Shown: positions 31,628 through 42,495, counted from the stretch's first letter. The stretch: 64,000 nucleotides of DNA from Candidatus Eiseniibacteriota bacterium (GCA_963823555.1 CAWGMA010000004.1:384001-448000), one strand, 5' to 3'. The notes: a model not told the origin generated them from the sequence alone. Translations and numbers: made by a program.

Positions 31628-31661
31628 TGCCCGAGGTGATTGTCAGCCGTCGAGGGTCATC

Positions 31662-33128
31662 ATGAAACGAATGTGCATCACCCGACTCCAAGTTGCCGCG
31701 ATCGTGACATTCATGGTCCTTGCTCTCATCCCGTGGGCGACCACAGTGGAGGCGGCTCGGCCATCGTCACAGGCTCCTTCGGGCGAGCCCGGCATCGAGA
31801 TCGGGCCGGATCCCGATGCGCCACCACCCAAGCCCAGGCCACCCCAGGAGAGGACGCCGGAGACGCCCGCGACCCCGAGCACTCCTGTGCCCCCGCTCGA
31901 CGAGACCAAGGAGGCGCTGGAGCGTACCCAGGCAGATGTCGAGAGGATGCGCGAGGAAGTCGAGGCGGAGCGACGCAGGGCCGAAGAGGTGCTGCGGGCC
32001 GAGGACGCGCTCCGCGAAGTCGAAGAGCAACTCAAGCGGGAACGCATCATCAAGCATCGCACGGATGGGGAGGAAGAGTGGGACACTCACGGTGGTCAAG
32101 TGGTGCGGATGGGGCAGGACGTGGTGGTCGAGCCGGGCGAGTCGGTGGATGAGGCCGTCGTCATCGGTGGCGATCTCATCGTCAAGGGTTACGTTGCCGG
32201 CGATGCGGTCTCTGTCGGCGGTGATGTCCTCGTCAAACCTGGCGGACACGTGACCGGGGATGCCGTGAGCATCGGTGGTGATCTCGAGGTCGAACCCGGT
32301 GGGCTCGTCGACGGAGACGAGGTACAGGTCGGTAACATCGGGCCGATCTTCATTCCCGGGTTCGGTCGCCAGCACAATGGCCCCGGCGGATGGATGCAAG
32401 CCATCAAGAGCCTGCTCACGTTGCTCGTCCTTCTGTTCATCGGTTGGCTGGCCATGGTGCTCATCGGCGGGCGTTTGTCGACCTTGGCCGACGTCGTCCA
32501 GAACGACTTCTGGCGCTCGCTCCTGGTCGGCGTCCTCGTGCTCGTGCTGTGGCTGCCGGCCGTGTTCCTGACGACGATCACCGTGATCGGGATTCCAGTG
32601 GCGATCGTGCTCGTCATCGGCGTGCCGCTGGCCATGTTCTTCGGCTACCTGGTCGGTGCGCTCGCCTTTGGCCGACGCTTGGTTGCTGGCTTGCGCTTCG
32701 ACCAGGGTAGCGAGCTCATGCACCTCCTCGCCGGTCTGGCGGCCATCGGGCTCCTCGGGTTGCTCGGCAAGCTGCTCGGCATCTTCGACATTCTCGGCCC
32801 GGTGGCGCTGGCCTTCCGCATCGTGAGCTGGGCGCTTCTGAGTTTCGCAGCGATCCTCGGCCTCGGAGCGCTGACCATGACGTGGATCAGTCTCCTGCAA
32901 ACGAGGCGTGGCGCCCGTGCCGAGACGCCGCCAGCGGCGGGAGGCGCGCCGCCACCTCCGCCGCCCCCGGGCCCCGAGCCGCCGCCGAGCGGAGGGCCGC
33001 CGCAGCGGGGCAAGCTGGTCTGGGAGCCGAAGCCGGCCGGCGATCCGCTGCCGGAATCGCCGGGTGGTTCCGAGAGCACCCGGGCGATGACCGGGCCCGA
33101 GGCTCCGCCGCTTCCCGGGCCCGCCTAG
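31662..33128 (+). CDS. Membrane protein with bactofilin-like (polymer-forming) beta-helix repeats
   Basis: Signal peptide, repeated (D/E)AV(S/V)(I/V)GGD...V.G.V.GD units, several TM helices and Pro-rich termini. Confidence 0.75.
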   Translation: MKRMCITRLQVAAIVTFMVLALIPWATTVEAARPSSQAPSGEPGIEIGPDPDAPPPKPRPPQERTPETPATPSTPVPPLDETKEALERTQADVERMREEVEAERRRAEEVLRAEDALREVEEQLKRERIIKHRTDGEEEWDTHGGQVVRMGQDVVVEPGESVDEAVVIGGDLIVKGYVAGDAVSVGGDVLVKPGGHVTGDAVSIGGDLEVEPGGLVDGDEVQVGNIGPIFIPGFGRQHNGPGGWMQAIKSLLTLLVLLFIGWLAMVLIGGRLSTLADVVQNDFWRSLLVGVLVLVLWLPAVFLTTITVIGIPVAIVLVIGVPLAMFFGYLVGALAFGRRLVAGLRFDQGSELMHLLAGLAAIGLLGLLGKLLGIFDILGPVALAFRIVSWALLSFAAILGLGALTMTWISLLQTRRGARAETPPAAGGAPPPPPPPGPEPPPSGGPPQRGKLVWEPKPAGDPLPESPGGSESTRAMTGPEAPPLPGPA

Positions 33129-33133
33129 CGACC

Positions 33134-34018
33134 ATGCCGGCGTCTCAGCCCCCAGCGTCAGCCGGAGTTTCGCAGCTTCGAGCCGCAGCCTCCTGCAAGG
33201 GAGCTGCGGCTCTCGTCTGCCTGGGGTTGCTCCTCCTGGGTGCGGTTGGTCGGTCCGCTCCCGCGGCAGCCCGTGTTCTCCGCGTCGAGGGCGGTAGCTC
33301 GGCCGCGGCGGCCGTGTCGCGCGCCGCCGCCGGGGACACCATTCTCCTTGGCGCCGGTTCATTCAACGAGACGATCGAGATCAACACCGGCGTTCGCATC
33401 CGGGGTGCGGGGGAAGGCCGCACCGTGCTCACGCGGCCTGGAGGCGAGGGAGTGCGCGTGCATTCGGGCGTGCACGGGGCGGAACTCGTTGATCTGACCG
33501 TGCGGCGGGCCGCTGTCGGGATCCGAGTCGATGCTGCGGATCTGAAGATCGATGGCTGCCGCATCGAGGACTGCGATGACTATGGCCTGAGCGCCCGCGG
33601 CGAGTCCCGGATCGAGATCGCGAACAGTTTTCTCCGCAGCAACAAGGCCAGCGCGCTCAATGCCCGCTCCGGGGTAGAGGTTCACCTTGCCGACTGCCAG
33701 GTCACCGGCAATCAGACCGGCCTCGAGCTCGACGGCGCCCGAGCAGTGGTCGTGGGGAGCGAGATCTCGGGCAATGTGATCGGCGCTCTGGTCCGGGGCT
33801 CGGGTCATCTCGTCCTGGGCGATCGTCCGGGAGCAGGCAATCGAATCCATCGCAACCGGCTCGCCACGGTGAAGAACCTGACGTCCTCCCCGGTCGCTGC
33901 TCGCTACAACTACTGGGGGGACATGGAATGCGCCTTCGTGCGCGGGTTCACCGGCCCGATCCGCTACCAGCCCTTCATGAACCTGGCGCTCGACGACTCG
34001 CTCGCGACTTGCCCTTGA
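33134..34018 (+). CDS. Right-handed parallel beta-helix protein (secreted)
   Basis: AAAGDTILLGAGSF, repeated I/V-x-G/N-N strands and C-terminal ARYNYWG. Confidence 0.7.
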   Translation: MPASQPPASAGVSQLRAAASCKGAAALVCLGLLLLGAVGRSAPAAARVLRVEGGSSAAAAVSRAAAGDTILLGAGSFNETIEINTGVRIRGAGEGRTVLTRPGGEGVRVHSGVHGAELVDLTVRRAAVGIRVDAADLKIDGCRIEDCDDYGLSARGESRIEIANSFLRSNKASALNARSGVEVHLADCQVTGNQTGLELDGARAVVVGSEISGNVIGALVRGSGHLVLGDRPGAGNRIHRNRLATVKNLTSSPVAARYNYWGDMECAFVRGFTGPIRYQPFMNLALDDSLATCP

Positions 34019-34764
34019 TCGCGCCCTGGGGCGCTCGATCCCTCCACGGCTACCTCGGCGCGGTTGAAGCTCGGCGTGCGCAACACGTCGTTTCGGTCCT
34101 GGAAGCCGGTGACCCCCATGACCAGGCCGAAGAACGCCTTGGGCAGTCCCAGGAGCCCGAAACCATCCCCACCGTCGGTCTCGGTCTCGCCCGATAGCCA
34201 GTCCTCGAGTTCTTCCACGTCCTCCATGGTGAGAGGCTTGAGGGCGGCGGTGACGACCAGATAGTAGTTGTCGTCATCGCGCAGGACGGAGAGTGGAGCA
34301 ATGTGCAGATCGCGTCGGGACTCGAGAGCGCCGCGCGCCTCGGCAAGATCGAGAAAGATCTCCTGCCGACCTTCCTTGTCCCGTACCACGTAGACCTCGT
34401 CCCAGGCATCGAGCTGGAGCTTGTAGGCCAGGTGCCGTGAGGCCTCCCGCCGATCGAACCAGGCCGATCGCTCGCGCCAGACCTCGATGTCGAGGATCAG
34501 CGTCACCGGCACTCCGCGCTCGAGGATCTCCTCGGTCGGGGCGTCGATGAGGTTGACGAGCGTGAGGTCCACGGCCAGATCATCGCCGGCGGCGGCGATG
34601 CGCTCCAGGCGAACACCGATCTCGTGCTCTGCGTCGTCCGGCATGTTCTCGGGCGCCACTGCCTTCACGGTGCTGTCCGTCTGGGCGTGGGCGACTCCCA
34701 CCGCGGTCGTGCCGGCGAATCCGGAGAGGCCGCAGGCCAGGACCAGGACGAGGGTCCGGGGCAT
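33964..34764 (-). CDS. DUF4390-family exported protein
   Basis: Signal peptide, LERGVPVTL...WRERSAWFD...YKLQLDAWDEVY. Start uncertain (34764 or 34863). Confidence 0.7.
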   Translation of the reverse strand: MPRTLVLVLACGLSGFAGTTAVGVAHAQTDSTVKAVAPENMPDDAEHEIGVRLERIAAAGDDLAVDLTLVNLIDAPTEEILERGVPVTLILDIEVWRERSAWFDRREASRHLAYKLQLDAWDEVYVVRDKEGRQEIFLDLAEARGALESRRDLHIAPLSVLRDDDNYYLVVTAALKPLTMEDVEELEDWLSGETETDGGDGFGLLGLPKAFFGLVMGVTGFQDRNDVLRTPSFNRAEVAVEGSSAPGRDQGQVASESSSARFMKGW

Positions 34765-35213
34765 GAGCCCCTGTGCCCTCTTTCCTCCGCGCCGCCAGCG
34801 GTGGATGGCCAGCGGCGAGGTCGCGGGCCTCTGGCCGCAGCCGAACATCCGACCCATGATCACGACCCTCCGCGGTTCATCACCGCGCCTCCTCGAATTC
34901 AGTCCGAACCGCTCGGCTTCGCGCCGCCGGCCCGGGAGGTCTCGCTCGGGGCAGCGATCGGGGGCTGCCCGACCGCAATGATGGCCATTGCATGGGACGT
35001 ACCACCCTCAAGTGGCGGAATCGCTTCCTCGTGTCGGTGGAAATGCTTGTCCCGACACATGTTGGTCAGGTTCGCGGTCCGCTCCGGCGGGATCAAGGGT
35101 GCCGCCGTGGCCGGAGCGTGCCAGCTGTTGCATCACCGCATCAGTATTCCGGTTCCCGCCCACTGGTCCGGCGCGGTCGCTCGGCCCCAGACGTCCAGAT
35201 TCTCGACAGTCTC

Positions 35214-36599
35214 TCAGCTTCCAGTGCCCCCGCCACGGCTGATCCCATGGCGCTTCATCTTCCGGTGCAGGCTTGCGCGATCGATGCCCAGATTCTTGGC
35301 GGCGGCGGAGACGTTCCAGGCCGCCCGCTCCAGCTCGGCCCTGAGCACCTCTCGTTCCGCAGCGTCCAGCTGCCCGCGCAGGTTGGACGGGTTCTCGATC
35401 TCCTCGGCGCTGGGTGGAACCTCTTCCAGGTACGAAGAGAGGACCGCGCCGGTCAGCTCCTCGGCATCGCTCATGATGGAGATCCGCTCCATCAGGTTTC
35501 GCAGCTCGCGGATATTCCCCGGCCAGTCATGAGCCCGGAGGCGGCGGGCGGCCTCCGCCGAGAGTCGGATCGGCGGGCGGCGGTTGTCGGCGGCGGCGCG
35601 GCCGAGGAAGTGCTCGGCCAGGAGGGGGATGTCGTCCCCGCGCTCGCGCAGGGCCGGCACGACGATGGGCACGACGCTCAGTCGGTAGTAGAGGTCCTCG
35701 CGGAAGCGGCCGGCTGCGATCTCCGCTTTCAGGTCCTTGTTGGTGGCGGCGATCACGCGCACATCGAAGCGGATGGCGCGACTGCCGCCGACGCGTTCCG
35801 CCTCGCCGGTCTCGAGCGCACGCAGCAGCTTGGCCTGGGCTTCCGCCGACATGTCGCCCACCTCGTCGAGGAACAGCGTGCCCTGATCGGCCAGCTCGAA
35901 CTTGCCCTTGCGCGTGGCGGTGGCTCCGGTGAAGGAGCCGCGCTCGTGCCCGAAGAGCTCTGATTCGACCAGGTCGCGCGGAATGGCGGCGCAGTTCACC
36001 TTGATGAAAGGACCGCGAGCCCGCGATGAAGCATCATGGATAGCGCGCGCCACGAGCTCCTTGCCGGTGCCGTTCTCGCCGAGGATGAGCACCTTGGCCT
36101 GCGTCGGGGCCACGCGCCGGATCGCCTCGCGCACCGTCCCGGCCGCAGCGCTCTGGCCGACCATCTCGAAGTCCGCCACGCGGTCACCACGCTCGGCGCG
36201 GAGCCCAGCGTTCTCCCGGCCCAGCGCGTGGAAGGCGAGCGCCCGCTCGATGGTGACGAGGAGCTTCTCCGGCGCGATGGGCTTCTCGAGGAAATCGTAC
36301 GCGCCAAGGCGGACCGCGCTCACGGCGCGCTCGATCGTCGCCTCGCCGGAGAGCATGACCACCGGCTGGTCCGGATAGCGCTCCCGCAGGCGCTCGAGCG
36401 CGGCCAGGCCATCGAGCCCCGGCATCACGATATCCAGGACGACGAGATCGGGCTGGCGGCTGTCGAGGCGGGCCAGGAGATCCGCGCCGTCCTCCAGCTC
36501 GTCGACCGTATAGCCTTCGTCGCGCAAGAAGCCGCCCACCGAGCGACGCACACCGGCGTCATCATCGACGAGGAGCACGGTTTCTCCCCGCGCGCTCAT
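35214..36599 (-). CDS. Sigma54-dependent response regulator (NtrC/NtrX family)
   Basis: REC domain (LVDDD, LDIVMP), [29 protein letters not shown] and Fis HTH. Confidence 0.93.
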   Translation of the reverse strand: MSARGETVLLVDDDAGVRRSVGGFLRDEGYTVDELEDGADLLARLDSRQPDLVVLDIVMPGLDGLAALERLRERYPDQPVVMLSGEATIERAVSAVRLGAYDFLEKPIAPEKLLVTIERALAFHALGRENAGLRAERGDRVADFEMVGQSAAAGTVREAIRRVAPTQAKVLILGENGTGKELVARAIHDASSRARGPFIKVNCAAIPRDLVESELFGHERGSFTGATATRKGKFELADQGTLFLDEVGDMSAEAQAKLLRALETGEAERVGGSRAIRFDVRVIAATNKDLKAEIAAGRFREDLYYRLSVVPIVVPALRERGDDIPLLAEHFLGRAAADNRRPPIRLSAEAARRLRAHDWPGNIRELRNLMERISIMSDAEELTGAVLSSYLEEVPPSAEEIENPSNLRGQLDAAEREVLRAELERAAWNVSAAAKNLGIDRASLHRKMKRHGISRGGGTGS

Positions 36600-36886
36600 G
36601 GGGCGCCCCCGGACCGCTGGGACAAGCCGCGACCTCTCATCAGATGGACCCCCCTCTCGTTCTCCTGGTCGACCGCCAACCCAACCATAGCACCAGCCCC
36701 CGTCGCGCCGGTGCCGGCGGTGCGAGGTCCCACCCGGCCGGCATGGCCCTGTCCAGGCCTTCGATCGTCATCGTGTTGTGCTAAAATGTCCATGATAGCC
36801 GGGTCCCCCGTGGATAGTTAAGCGATTTCGATATAATGGGTTACGGGATTGCTCGCGCCATCCTGGCGGGAGCTGGGAGGTCAACC

Positions 36887-38917
36887 ATGGCGCGATGCTC
36901 TCTGCGGACGCCCCTCATCCTGGTTCTTCTGGCCTCCGCGCTCGCCCTTTCCGTCATCCCGGCCCAGGCTGCCCGTCGAATCGTCCTCTTCGAGGAGTCG
37001 ACCAACTGGGGTTGCCCGCCGTGCTACACCTCCAATCCGACCATCCATCAGTTCCTCGAGGATTACTCGGTGGCCCAGGTGGTGGCCGTCAAGTGGCACG
37101 TGTGGTGGCCGTCCTCCACCGATCCGTTCTACAACCACAACCAGGCTCCCGTGCAGACCCGGATGGGGTACTACGGGATCACCACTGCGCCTGATGTGAC
37201 CGTGGACGGCCGGAACGGGCCGATCCCCGGCTCCTACGGCAGCATGCAGACCTGGGTCGAGGACCGGCTCGCCCTCGAGAGCCCGCTCGCCATCTCCGTC
37301 ACCGGCGGCATCAACGGGTCGAACTTCGACGTCACGATCACCGTCGATGTCGAGCAGGTTCCCCCGGCTGGTGATTACCGGCTCTTCTGCATCCTCGGTG
37401 AGCACCACATCCATCTGCCGAGCCCCAACGGCGAACAGGACCACTATGATGTCTTTCGCCACACCACGAACAACTCGGGCGAACCCATCGATCTCAGCGC
37501 GACCGGCATCCAGGTCTTCAACCGGAGCCTGCCCTTCGATGCCAGCGAGACTCCCGACAACTTGCAGGTCGTGGCCTGGATCCAGAACTACAACACGCGA
37601 GAGGTCCTGAACGCCGGTACCACGTGGCCCAGGCCGGATTACTATCTCCGCCTCTCGGGCGGGACTCCGGGCGTGGTCGATGATCCGAACTCGGTCGCCG
37701 TCTTGACCCGTGATTTCACCAATCTGGGCACGCAGGACGATGTCTATGACATCACGATCGATCTGCTCACCACCCGCATTCCGCTGGAATGGAGCTGGGA
37801 GTACACGACGTCACAGGGAACCTTCAGCGGACCCAGCTCGCTCCCGATCACTGCGGATGCCACGGAGACCATGACGGTCAACATCGATTCACAGGGGGCT
37901 CCGGGTGGCGGCATGCTCGAGCTCGTCATGACCTCGCAGAACGATCCGACCATGGTGCGCCGGCAGCGTTTCTCCAAGATCTCCGGACCCACGGTGATCG
38001 TGGTCGACGATGACGGGGGGACCCACGACGAATCCATGCTGACCCTGAGTCTCGACGCCGCCGGCATCGGCTGGGGACTGTGGGAGGATGCCTGGGGCAA
38101 GCTGGATGGGACCCAGCTCTCGACGGCCCCCGCCGTGTTCTGGACCTGCGGCCTCTCCTATCCGACCCTCGACAGCCAGGATCGCCCGGCCCTCACCCAG
38201 TTCCTGGCGGGTGGCGGCAAGCTGTTCGTGACCGGCCAGGACATCGGCTGGGAGCTCAACACGTCGAGCAGCGGCAACTACGACCCGACCTGGTACCGGA
38301 ACAACCTGCACGCCAACTACGGTACCGATGCGGCCGGCCTCCTGCTTTCCGGGATCAACGGGGACCCGATCGGGAACGGGATCAACTACACCCTGAGCGC
38401 GCAGAGCCAGCCCTATCCCGACGGGATCAACCCCTACGGGACCGGCGCGGTCGCTGCGATCCAGTACAACGCCACCTACAAGGGAGTCGTGCGCTGGGAC
38501 GACGGCAACGCCAAGGTCGTCACCATGGGGCACGGCTTCGAGGGCATCACGGATCCGTCCGTCCAGATCACGCTCGTCCAGCGCATCATCGACTGGTTCG
38601 GCGTGGCCACCGGGATCCAGGTCGAGGAGTCGGCGCCGATCCGCCCGACCCTCGCCCAGAACTACCCCAATCCGTTCAACCCGACCACGGCGATCCCGTA
38701 TGCGCTCGCCCGCGAGGGTGAAGCGCGCCTCGTGATCTACGATGTGGCGGGACGCGAGGTGCGTGAGCTGGTGAGCGGCAGCCAGGTGGCCGGGTCGCAC
38801 GAAGCCATCTGGGATGGTCGCGATGATGCCGGCCGGCCGCTGGCCAGCGGGACCTACTTCTATCGTCTCGAGACTCCGGAGGTCGAAGCGACGCGGAGCA
38901 TGGTGCTCGTGAAGTGA
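36887..38917 (+). CDS. Omp28-like thioredoxin-fold secreted protein with FlgD-like C-terminal domain
   Basis: LFEESTNWGCPPC (CxxC), NLQVVAWIQN, and NYPNPFNP...WDGRD...GTYF tail. Confidence 0.75.
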   Translation: MARCSLRTPLILVLLASALALSVIPAQAARRIVLFEESTNWGCPPCYTSNPTIHQFLEDYSVAQVVAVKWHVWWPSSTDPFYNHNQAPVQTRMGYYGITTAPDVTVDGRNGPIPGSYGSMQTWVEDRLALESPLAISVTGGINGSNFDVTITVDVEQVPPAGDYRLFCILGEHHIHLPSPNGEQDHYDVFRHTTNNSGEPIDLSATGIQVFNRSLPFDASETPDNLQVVAWIQNYNTREVLNAGTTWPRPDYYLRLSGGTPGVVDDPNSVAVLTRDFTNLGTQDDVYDITIDLLTTRIPLEWSWEYTTSQGTFSGPSSLPITADATETMTVNIDSQGAPGGGMLELVMTSQNDPTMVRRQRFSKISGPTVIVVDDDGGTHDESMLTLSLDAAGIGWGLWEDAWGKLDGTQLSTAPAVFWTCGLSYPTLDSQDRPALTQFLAGGGKLFVTGQDIGWELNTSSSGNYDPTWYRNNLHANYGTDAAGLLLSGINGDPIGNGINYTLSAQSQPYPDGINPYGTGAVAAIQYNATYKGVVRWDDGNAKVVTMGHGFEGITDPSVQITLVQRIIDWFGVATGIQVEESAPIRPTLAQNYPNPFNPTTAIPYALAREGEARLVIYDVAGREVRELVSGSQVAGSHEAIWDGRDDAGRPLASGTYFYRLETPEVEATRSMVLVK

Positions 38918-38924
38918 GGCGGCG

Positions 38925-40214
38925 ATGATCTTGAGCGGGAGTACCGGCCTTCGGGCCAGAGGAGAGCGTGGACGTTCGGGTCTCGCTGCGGCGGGCTTGC
39001 TGGCAATCCTCGTTTTCCTCTCCTGCGGTCAGGAGGACCCCACTTTTCGCCCGGACGGCGGCGGAACGGTGCCCAAGGGATCGATCGCCGTCTCCTCGTC
39101 GGTTCCGGGGGCCCTCATCTCGCTCGATGGGGTGGGGACCGGCCGCGTCACTCCCGACACCCTGCGGGAAGTGGATGAGGGCGAGCATCGGATCGGGGTG
39201 TTCCTCGCCGGGTTCTTCCCGCCCGATGACCAGGTGATCACCGTGATCGCCGATTCGCTCGAGGCCGTGCACTTCGAGCTCACGCAGATCCCGGTTTCGG
39301 GCGGGATCGCGGTGACCGCGCCCTACCCGGCATCGATCCTCGTCGACGGGGCACCGACCGGGCTCGCTGCGCCGGATACCGTGAGTGGTCTGGCGCCCGG
39401 CGAGCATGCGGTCACGCTCGTGCTTGCCGGTTTCCGGAGCACACCCGAGGAGCATCGCATCACGGTCGTGGCGGGCGAGGTGGCGGCGGCCGAGTTCGAC
39501 CTCGTCGTGCCCAAGGTCGTCGTCTGCGAGGACTTCTCCAACTATGCCTGCATCCCCTGTCCGGCGGCGGATGCCGCGCTCCAGGAGGTGCTGCTCGACT
39601 ACGCGAATGGGCGCGCCTTCTCGGTCAATCCGCACGTCAACTTCCCGGGTCAGGGGGACCCCTTCTTTCAGTTCAACCCCGCCGCAGCCAACGCGCGCAT
39701 CTTCCTGAACCAGGTTTCCACCGCGCCCACCATCACCGTTGACGGGGTCGCAGTGCCGATGGGGCCGCCCTGGGTCGAGCCGATCCGGACCGCGATCGAG
39801 GCCCGGCTCCAGGTCGAACCTACGCTCGCGATCGGCGTGCGCTCCGCGCTGGGTGCCAGCGAGCTCCGGGCCACGGTGGACGTGTGGGTGGTGGCAACAT
39901 CCACATCTTTGCCGCCGTCCAATCTCCTGCTCTACACCTGGATCGTGGAGCGCGAGGTGATTCTCGAGCCGCCGGGCCCGAACGGGCAGTCCGAGTACAG
40001 GAACGTGATGCGCCACCTGTTCCCGACGCCGGCATCCGGCACCATCGGCGGCGAGCCGCTCGGCACGCTGACGGAGGGAGAGCGCCGAACTTTCGAATAT
40101 GTCTGGCCGCTCGCTGGCAATGTCGACCCGAGTCAGCTCGCCGTCGCCGCCTTCGCCCAGGAGAACGGCGGCCAGCGGCGGGTCATCCAGAGCGGGAGCA
40201 CGCTCGTGCCATGA
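38925..40214 (+). CDS. Lipoprotein with two PEGA domains and an Omp28-like CxxC domain
   Basis: Lipobox-like FLSC, two PEGA-like repeats (I..DG..TG..PDT...GEH), EDFSNYACIPC and QLAVAAFAQ. Confidence 0.75.
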   Translation: MILSGSTGLRARGERGRSGLAAAGLLAILVFLSCGQEDPTFRPDGGGTVPKGSIAVSSSVPGALISLDGVGTGRVTPDTLREVDEGEHRIGVFLAGFFPPDDQVITVIADSLEAVHFELTQIPVSGGIAVTAPYPASILVDGAPTGLAAPDTVSGLAPGEHAVTLVLAGFRSTPEEHRITVVAGEVAAAEFDLVVPKVVVCEDFSNYACIPCPAADAALQEVLLDYANGRAFSVNPHVNFPGQGDPFFQFNPAAANARIFLNQVSTAPTITVDGVAVPMGPPWVEPIRTAIEARLQVEPTLAIGVRSALGASELRATVDVWVVATSTSLPPSNLLLYTWIVEREVILEPPGPNGQSEYRNVMRHLFPTPASGTIGGEPLGTLTEGERRTFEYVWPLAGNVDPSQLAVAAFAQENGGQRRVIQSGSTLVP

Positions 40215-40339
40215 TTCGCTCGCCGCTGCCGTCTTGCTCTCGAGTTTCGCCCCGCGGCGCCAGCCGTCGCGGAGGACTCAATTGCCGCAGCCGATCCGAT
40301 GGCTCCGGCGCATTCCGATTCCGCGGAGGAGTACGACCG

Positions 40340-41815
40340 ATGCGCTTCAACCTGTTGCATCCCACTGCTTCAGCCCGGGCCATCCTGTGCCTGGGGCTCG
40401 TCCTCGGCACCGCCATTGCCGGCAGTGCCTGGGCCACCATCGACTTCACCTTCACGACCTCGAAGGCGGTTCTGGTCGGCGAGACGGGTCTCGATTACGT
40501 GAAGCTCCACTGCGAGGTCACCAACACCGGAACCGAGGCCGACCAGTACGACATCCTCCGCATCGTGCAGAACCTGCCGGCCGGCTGGCAGAGTTCGATC
40601 TGCGTCGGCGGCGAGGATGGCATCTGCCAGGCGCCATTCGTCGACTCTCTCTACGCCGGGACGCCGCCCTGTCCCTTCCCCTCGTGCGGCGGGCCCAGCG
40701 GTTTCGGCCTGGCCCCGGCCGCGATGGACTCGATCTCCTGCTACATCACGCCCGATGGTCCGGAAGGCAGCGGTTATGTGACCTTCCGCGTGCGCTCGGT
40801 CGCCAATCCGGCGGTGGCCCGCGATCTCACCGTGGGCTGCGTGACCGATGGCGTGATCGTGCTGCTCGTCGATGACGACGGCACGCAGACGCTCGAGACC
40901 TACTACCAGGCGGCCGTCCCCACCGGGGTTCCCCATGGCACCTGGCGGCGCTCGGCCCAGAGCTTGACCGCCGCCGACTTGCAGAACTTCTCCTCGGTCG
41001 TGTGGTTCACCGGCAACGCCACGCCGACGCTCGATGCCAGCGATCGCACCGCCATCACGGGCTACCTCGCCGGCAACCGCGGGCTCGTCCTCTCCGGCCA
41101 GGACATCGCCTACGATCTGTGCGACCCGGCAAGTCCCAACTACTCGGCGGCCAACGTCACCTGGTACGAGACCACGCTCAAGAGCCGCTACGTGAACGAC
41201 AACTCGGCGAGCTTGAACCTCGTCGGCGTGGCCGGCGATCCGGTCTCCAACGGCCTCAACCTCGCGATCCAGGGTGGGAGCGGGGCCAACAACCAGACCG
41301 ACCCCGACGTCATCCGGCCCCTCACCGGCGCCGGAACGATCTGGACCTATCAGACCGGGGGCGGCACGGCGGCGACGCGGGTCCTCGGTAGTGGCTACCG
41401 TGCCGTCAACCTGGGGTTCGGGTTCGAGGCCATCGCGAATGCGGCCAACCGCGAGGCGGTGATGACGCAGGCCCTGACCTGGATGGCCGGGAGCCCGATC
41501 GGGATCGAGGATCAGGCCGCGGGCTCGGTGCCCGGCGCCTTCCGTCTCGAGCCGGCGCGCCCGAATCCCTTCAACCCGCACACCGAGATTGCCTTCGCGC
41601 TCGACCGCCCGGCGACCCTCCGCTTGCGCATCCTGGATGCCACGGGGCGCACGGTTCGTGTGCTCGCGGCCGGTGATTTCGCCGCCGGGCGCCATGCCCG
41701 GGCCTGGGACGGACGGGATGGCTCGGGACGCGAGATGGCCTCCGGCATGTATCTGGCCGAGCTCACGGTCGATGGTGGGCCGAGCCAGCAGGTGAAGCTC
41801 AACCTCGTTCGCTAG
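40340..41815 (+). CDS. Secreted Cys-rich protein with FlgD-like C-terminal domain
   Basis: GGAGG RBS, signal peptide, ICVGGEDGIC, a domain shared with 36887..38917, and PNPFNP...WDGRD...GMY tail. Confidence 0.75.
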   Translation: MRFNLLHPTASARAILCLGLVLGTAIAGSAWATIDFTFTTSKAVLVGETGLDYVKLHCEVTNTGTEADQYDILRIVQNLPAGWQSSICVGGEDGICQAPFVDSLYAGTPPCPFPSCGGPSGFGLAPAAMDSISCYITPDGPEGSGYVTFRVRSVANPAVARDLTVGCVTDGVIVLLVDDDGTQTLETYYQAAVPTGVPHGTWRRSAQSLTAADLQNFSSVVWFTGNATPTLDASDRTAITGYLAGNRGLVLSGQDIAYDLCDPASPNYSAANVTWYETTLKSRYVNDNSASLNLVGVAGDPVSNGLNLAIQGGSGANNQTDPDVIRPLTGAGTIWTYQTGGGTAATRVLGSGYRAVNLGFGFEAIANAANREAVMTQALTWMAGSPIGIEDQAAGSVPGAFRLEPARPNPFNPHTEIAFALDRPATLRLRILDATGRTVRVLAAGDFAAGRHARAWDGRDGSGREMASGMYLAELTVDGGPSQQVKLNLVR

Positions 41816-41847
41816 CCTTCGGGACTCGTGAGCAAGAGAATCAGGAG

Positions 41848-42495
41848 ATGGAACCCGTGGTGAAGAACCGATTCATCCGCTCGGTGCATCCGCTCACGGC
41901 ACGTGCCTGGTATCTGCCGGTCGTTGTCGTGCTGGTTCAGCTGCTGGCGCTCGCCGTCTTGACGCCGGGGCCCGCGGTGGCCGCCGACAAGGCCGACGTC
42001 CCCAACTTCGTGCTCAAGGACCTCGATGGCAAGGACGTCTCGCTCGCTGAACTCCGGGCCAAGGGGCCGGTGGTCATCGACTTCTGGGCCACATGGTGCA
42101 AGCCGTGCCTGCGTGAGCTGCCATACGTCGATTCGCTCCGCGTCAAGTACGCGGATCAGGGACTCGAGGTGGTGGCGGTCTCGATCGATGAGACGCGAAG
42201 TCTGGCCAAGGTCAAGTCGTACGTGAAGACCCACGATTACGGGTTCCGCGTGCTGCTCGACCCCAACCAGCGCACGCTGCGTCAGCTCCAGGGAGTCAAC
42301 GTGCCCTACGTTGTCGTGGTCTCGAAGGATGGGCAGCGCCTCTACACGCACTCCGGCTACCGCGAGGGCGACGAGAAGGAACTGGCCCGCGTGGTGGCCG
42401 AGGTGCTATCCGGGAAGACGCCCGCGGATGATGAGGCGGGGATGACGGGAGAGGTCGAGTCCGGAGGCGGGCAGGAGTCCGCTGGCGGCGAATGA
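41848..42495 (+). CDS. TlpA/ResA-family thiol-disulfide oxidoreductase
   Basis: DFWATWCKPCLRELP and cis-Pro motif VP. N-terminal TM or signal segment. Confidence 0.9.
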   Translation: MEPVVKNRFIRSVHPLTARAWYLPVVVVLVQLLALAVLTPGPAVAADKADVPNFVLKDLDGKDVSLAELRAKGPVVIDFWATWCKPCLRELPYVDSLRVKYADQGLEVVAVSIDETRSLAKVKSYVKTHDYGFRVLLDPNQRTLRQLQGVNVPYVVVVSKDGQRLYTHSGYREGDEKELARVVAEVLSGKTPADDEAGMTGEVESGGGQESAGGE

